Below the pieces are notes generated by a model. The model saw only the letters and a program-made list of their open reading frames with translations, searched no databases and was not told where the DNA came from. The translations under genes were made by a program, and so were the position numbers. DNA of 64,000 nt from IMG/VR virus record IMGVR_UViG_3300042503_000983, positions 8,943 to 72,942 of that record, one strand, 5' to 3'. This DNA is from a virus. This document shows positions 60,841 to 64,000 of the stretch, one piece after another (the stretch's first letter is position 1; each line of letters opens with the position of its first letter).

Positions 60841-60862
60841 ACTATACCAGAAATGACTGACA
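60841..60862 (-). promoter_or_regulatory. TGTCAG-N10-TAnnnT promoter 7 (variant spacer)
   Basis: TGTCAG TCATTTCTGG TATAGT. Confidence 0.75.
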
Positions 60863-61251
60863 TTTCCAAATCCGACACGCTATAATCTCACTATGTGGAC
60901 ACTTTTCGGTGTGTCCTTAATCACTTCGTAAATACTTGACAAGTGGATCAAAATGGGGCGCAGCTTTTTCAAGCCTTTTCCCTTTCTCGCAGGTATTCAA
61001 TGTAAATTTCAGTAGATGCCATTTCACTCATCAACTTATCTAAGTAACTAAATGTATCAGCATAGATTACATTTCTTTCTTTTGGTTTTCTATTAAATAA
61101 TTTCATAGCCATTCCGCCAAATCTCCATCTGCAATTTCTGAATAGTCCATACCAGTTGCTTCTGCAATGGCTTCCCATACATCATCTTCATTATAAATTC
61201 CATTGGGATGATTTTCCATTAGAATCATTTCAATTGTTTTCATTTGTCCCA

Positions 61252-61590
61252 TTATACTAACACCTCCGAATAAAATGGAATTGAATTGCTATTGTCTAAA
61301 TCAGTAACTAGATTATTAACTAAATCTATTACAACTACTTTATCCCACATCTCTGAAATCTCATCACGCTTAATTGCATAGATACCAAAACCTGTTGGGG
61401 CTAGGATAGCATCTTGAATCAAGTGTGAGATAACCATACGGGTAAAGTATGAATGGTCTCCGTGACGTGGTTTAGCGTGGTCTAATGCACCTGCTAAATC
61501 ATCTTGCCAAGTGTATTCCCCATAGTGTGAATACAAAACGGTCAATGCTTCTGTTCCGTCATCAAATACGAAATTAATTCTTGCACCCAT
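61252..61590 (-). CDS. Hypothetical protein
   Basis: MGARINF...LYSHYG. Confidence 0.65.
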   Translation of the reverse strand: MGARINFVFDDGTEALTVLYSHYGEYTWQDDLAGALDHAKPRHGDHSYFTRMVISHLIQDAILAPTGFGIYAIKRDEISEMWDKVVVIDLVNNLVTDLDNSNSIPFYSEVLV

Positions 61591-61591
61591 T

Positions 61592-61714
61592 TTAGTAACC
61601 TGCTTCCGTTAGCATTTTGTTAATTGCATCTAATTCTTCTTTAGATAATTTTGCAAGGGCATTATCATCAATGACACCCTCAAACAAATCTTTGATTAAT
61701 TCTGTATCTGACAT
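61592..61714 (-). CDS. Small hypothetical protein (40 aa)
   Basis: Follows promoter 8 and an RBS. Confidence 0.55.
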   Translation of the reverse strand: MSDTELIKDLFEGVIDDNALAKLSKEELDAINKMLTEAGY

Positions 61715-61742
61715 TTGGTTCTCTTTCTTTGTAGGTAGATTT

Positions 61743-61764
61743 ATCTTATCACAAGGGTCTGACA
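61743..61764 (-). promoter_or_regulatory. TGTCAG-N10-TAnnnT promoter 8
   Basis: TGTCAG ACCCTTGTGA TAAGAT. Confidence 0.8.
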
Positions 61765-61767
61765 TTT

Positions 61768-61908
61768 TTACCATTCCTTGTGCTTAGTCTTTCGTGTGTA
61801 AGCCTTTTTATTTCTGTGAGGTACGGCTGCATTGCTTCTACGCAACTCAAGTCTAGCCCTCAACTGTTCAGGGCTTGCAGGTAGTTTGTAGTTCTCACTT
61901 TGTTTCAT
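61768..61908 (-). CDS. 46-aa basic protein (not in ORF track)
   Basis: MKQSENY...ELRRSNAAVPHRNKKAYTRKTKHKEW; leaderless from promoter 9. Confidence 0.7.
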   Translation of the reverse strand: MKQSENYKLPASPEQLRARLELRRSNAAVPHRNKKAYTRKTKHKEW

Positions 61909-61914
61909 AAGATA

Positions 61915-61936
61915 AACTTACCATAAAGGTCTGACA
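61915..61936 (-). promoter_or_regulatory. TGTCAG-N10-TAnnnT promoter 9
   Basis: TGTCAG ACCTTTATGG TAAGTT, ATG 6 nt downstream. Confidence 0.8.
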
Positions 61937-61983
61937 ATTTGGTGGTTTTTTCAAGTCATCTTAATAACAATTAGATAACAAGG

Positions 61984-61992
61984 TTATCCACA
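61984..61992 (+). promoter_or_regulatory. DnaA box
   Basis: TTATCCACA. Confidence 0.55.
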
Positions 61993-62140
61993 GGGCGCAG
62001 CTTTCGCTGGGCTTGTCAAGCCTTATTACCATTTAGGATCACCATCATCATTAGAAGTCATCATTCCAATTATGAATCCTAACAACGGAACTATTATGAA
62101 TGGTGCAAGAATAATTATAGAAATTATTTCAAACAATTAT

Positions 62141-62446
62141 TTACTCCATATCCTGATATTCATATTCTTCATAGTAGTCATCAGTATCCAACCAAGGATC
62201 CAAACGATGTTGCTCAACGATAGCGTGAGCAGGTGCATAGTTACTACCACGATAAGAAACTCCTTGTGGCATTTCTATTTCAGCATAGATATCTTCATTC
62301 CAATAAGCATTGATAGCATCTATGCAAGGTTGTACCATTGACGATGGTACTGGAGGGTAGAAGTTATACTGCAAGTGGATATTAATTTGTTGCTCAATTG
62401 GCATAGTATCCGTTGTTGATAATTCAGTTGCAAAGTTTAGTCCCAT
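62141..62446 (-). CDS. Hypothetical protein
   Basis: GAGGA RBS; HLQYNFYPPVP. Confidence 0.6.
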   Translation of the reverse strand: MGLNFATELSTTDTMPIEQQINIHLQYNFYPPVPSSMVQPCIDAINAYWNEDIYAEIEMPQGVSYRGSNYAPAHAIVEQHRLDPWLDTDDYYEEYEYQDME

Positions 62447-62448
62447 TT

Positions 62449-62700
62449 TTATTCCTCATTCCAGTTAGCAAAATTAGTCATAGTGCAAAAACAATCGTCA
62501 CACATTCCAGAAATGAAACGTTCACGAATACCTGCATCATAGTCTTTCAATACATCTTGACAATAAGCACCTTGATTATATGCAAATAATTGTTGTGATG
62601 AGATAGAAACTGTTTTGGTTGTGCCACAATCAGGGCAAGGTAATGATGTAACGACATAACGGTCATTCATCACTTTCATTGGATTAGTCAAAGTGAACAT
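62449..62700 (-). CDS. Zinc-binding hypothetical protein
   Basis: CPDCG...RERFISGMCDDC. Confidence 0.65.
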   Translation of the reverse strand: MFTLTNPMKVMNDRYVVTSLPCPDCGTTKTVSISSQQLFAYNQGAYCQDVLKDYDAGIRERFISGMCDDCFCTMTNFANWNEE

Positions 62701-62730
62701 AGTGTCCCTTTCGTTTGTAGGTATAGGATT

Positions 62731-62752
62731 ATCTTAGCATAGAGGTCTGACA
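62731..62752 (-). promoter_or_regulatory. TGTCAG-N10-TAnnnT promoter 10
   Basis: TGTCAG ACCTCTATGC TAAGAT. Confidence 0.8.
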
Positions 62753-62918
62753 ATTTTACTCATCATCAAATTCAAATTCTTGTTCAGATTCATTATCGCA
62801 AAGAATGCAAAGTCTAGTTTCCCAAGGGGTTAGTTTATCATTGCAAGATTCACACTTTAGTTTGGTTACGTTTTCAAATGCTAATTCAGTCATCTTTTTC
62901 CTCTTTCGTTATAGTTAT

Positions 62919-62940
62919 AACCTATCATAGGGGTCTGACA
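62919..62940 (-). promoter_or_regulatory. TGTCAG-N10-TAnnnT promoter 11
   Basis: TGTCAG ACCCCTATGA TAGGTT. Confidence 0.8.
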
Positions 62941-62996
62941 ATTTTGGTATTTAAGGGCGTGTCTTATGTAACAAACTTATAACAAAACTTGGGGAC

Positions 62997-63039
62997 TTAT
63001 CCACACCTTCTTAAAGACCTGTGGACAAGCTGTGGAAAA
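62997..63039. promoter_or_regulatory. Cluster of three DnaA boxes
   Basis: TTATCCACA (+, 62997), TTGTCCACA (-, 63020-63028), TTTTCCACA (-, 63031-63039). Confidence 0.65.
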
Positions 63040-63378
63040 CGGGGCGCAGGAAAAATCCTGGAATGAAAAACACCCCAGGAGATTTCTAATCTGTAAAACT
63101 CCAAACCAAAACTAGAATTAAACTAATTGCAATAATTAAAATTGCTTCCAATTTATTTTTCCTGTCCTGCTAAAAAAAATAGAGTTGCAATAGATAAAAT
63201 AAATACCCAAGAATAAAAACTATTCATTAGTGTTCACCTCTAAAAATAAATGCTACTGAATGTTTTCCTAAGTCAAAAATCAGGGAAGTATTTTTGTAAC
63301 CTAGTTTTGAATTGTAGTAATTTGAAAAACTAATTCCAATTACGAAAGTACCGTCAATTTTGCTATGTGCAAATCTCA

Positions 63379-63561
63379 TTACACACCTACCGCATCTAGA
63401 AATCTTTGCTCATCAAAGTTTGGATTATCATTTGCGAATAAGTCTGCAAAATCTTCTACCATACTTTTTACAAGTGAAGAAATCAAAAGGTTGTCTTGTC
63501 CTGCTTCTGCATAAGAATTAAAAATCTTTGCAGTTGCTATGTAGTCTTTGCGTGTCATCAT
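63379..63561 (-). CDS. Small hypothetical protein
   Basis: MMTRKDYIATA...DNPNFDEQRF. Confidence 0.65.
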   Translation of the reverse strand: MMTRKDYIATAKIFNSYAEAGQDNLLISSLVKSMVEDFADLFANDNPNFDEQRFLDAVGV

Positions 63562-63562
63562 T

Positions 63563-63787
63563 TTATTTTCCTGCCTTTGCATTTTGGAAGAATTGTAGTT
63601 CAAGATTTTGTTCTTGAGTTTTCTTGTCTAGTAATTTCTGAACCTCATCAAGTGACTTTGACCACTCAATAGAAACGGTTAGAATTGTTGCAAGAACAAG
63701 ATGCTCATTTGCATTTAGTGTTGAATACTTTGCATTGTGCAAAGCCTTGTAAGACTCTAGAAAGTCTTTGGTGTTTAGTGTAGTCAT
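63563..63787 (-). CDS. Hypothetical protein
   Basis: GAAAGGTGG RBS after promoter 12. Confidence 0.6.
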   Translation of the reverse strand: MTTLNTKDFLESYKALHNAKYSTLNANEHLVLATILTVSIEWSKSLDEVQKLLDKKTQEQNLELQFFQNAKAGK

Positions 63788-63822
63788 TGTGACCACCTTT
63801 CGTTTGTTTGTTTGTTAAGTTG

Positions 63823-63844
63823 ATACTATCAGAGAGGTCTGACA
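63823..63844 (-). promoter_or_regulatory. TGTCAG-N10-TAnnnT promoter 12
   Basis: TGTCAG ACCTCTCTGA TAGTAT. Confidence 0.8.
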
Positions 63845-64000
63845 GTTTTTAGTGACCTAATCTGTCGCAACTAGTTAGGTCTTGCTCTACATAGTAGACA
63901 CAATAGCCACAGATAGATTCATCACAGGCAGGGCAGGATTTCCACTCTGACCACTCATCACAGTTTTCGCATCTATTCATTAGTAGCAACTCCCTGCGGT

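Noticed and set aside
61707-61714. Additional TGTCAG on the - strand
   Set aside because: It is ATG-TCA-G of a gene start and has no TAnnnT 10 nt downstream; TGTCAG at 27241 (+) also fails the final T
54722-63844. GGTCTGACA repeats as a CRISPR array or integron attC array
   Set aside because: Repeats are short, irregularly spaced, separated by whole genes and tied to a -10 element; no cas1/cas2 or integrase in the window
1-64000. Stop-codon reassignment
   Set aside because: TAA, TAG and TGA all terminate genes and long ORFs are intact in the standard code

Overview
A 64-kb segment of a large, AT-rich tailed phage (siphovirus-like), most likely infecting an actinobacterium. The host inference rests on a WhiB gene, many apparently leaderless transcripts, a TTGTCCACA DnaA box and PafBC-type promoters. 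The + strand (1-52.9 kb) carries the tail module (tail tube, frameshifting chaperone, 3135-aa tape measure, minor tail proteins), then replication/recombination genes (DnaB, primase, SSB, DnaE, RecA, resolvases, Cas4-like nuclease), terminase, auxiliary genes (RmlB-like, IMPDH/GMPR, WhiB, tail-less FtsZ, glycan-modifying enzymes), cell-wall/lysis genes and two tRNAs. After an AT-rich convergence block (52.9-53.4 kb), the - strand carries an array of small, probably early genes and two more tRNAs. The strongest unexplained signal is in that array: 12 promoters all read TGTCAG-N10-TAnnnT, the architecture of actinobacterial PafBC (RecA-independent DNA-damage) promoters. They sit in repeated cassette boundaries that also hold GGGCGCAG motifs, DnaA boxes and ATAAC-N6-ATAAC repeats. 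Other highlights are a covarying 3' pseudoknot RNA (4 copies), a kinase-like cargo domain and a 28-proline run in the tape measure, and a 70-aa domain shared by two tail proteins. All protein calls are by-eye motif recognition; no database searches were run.
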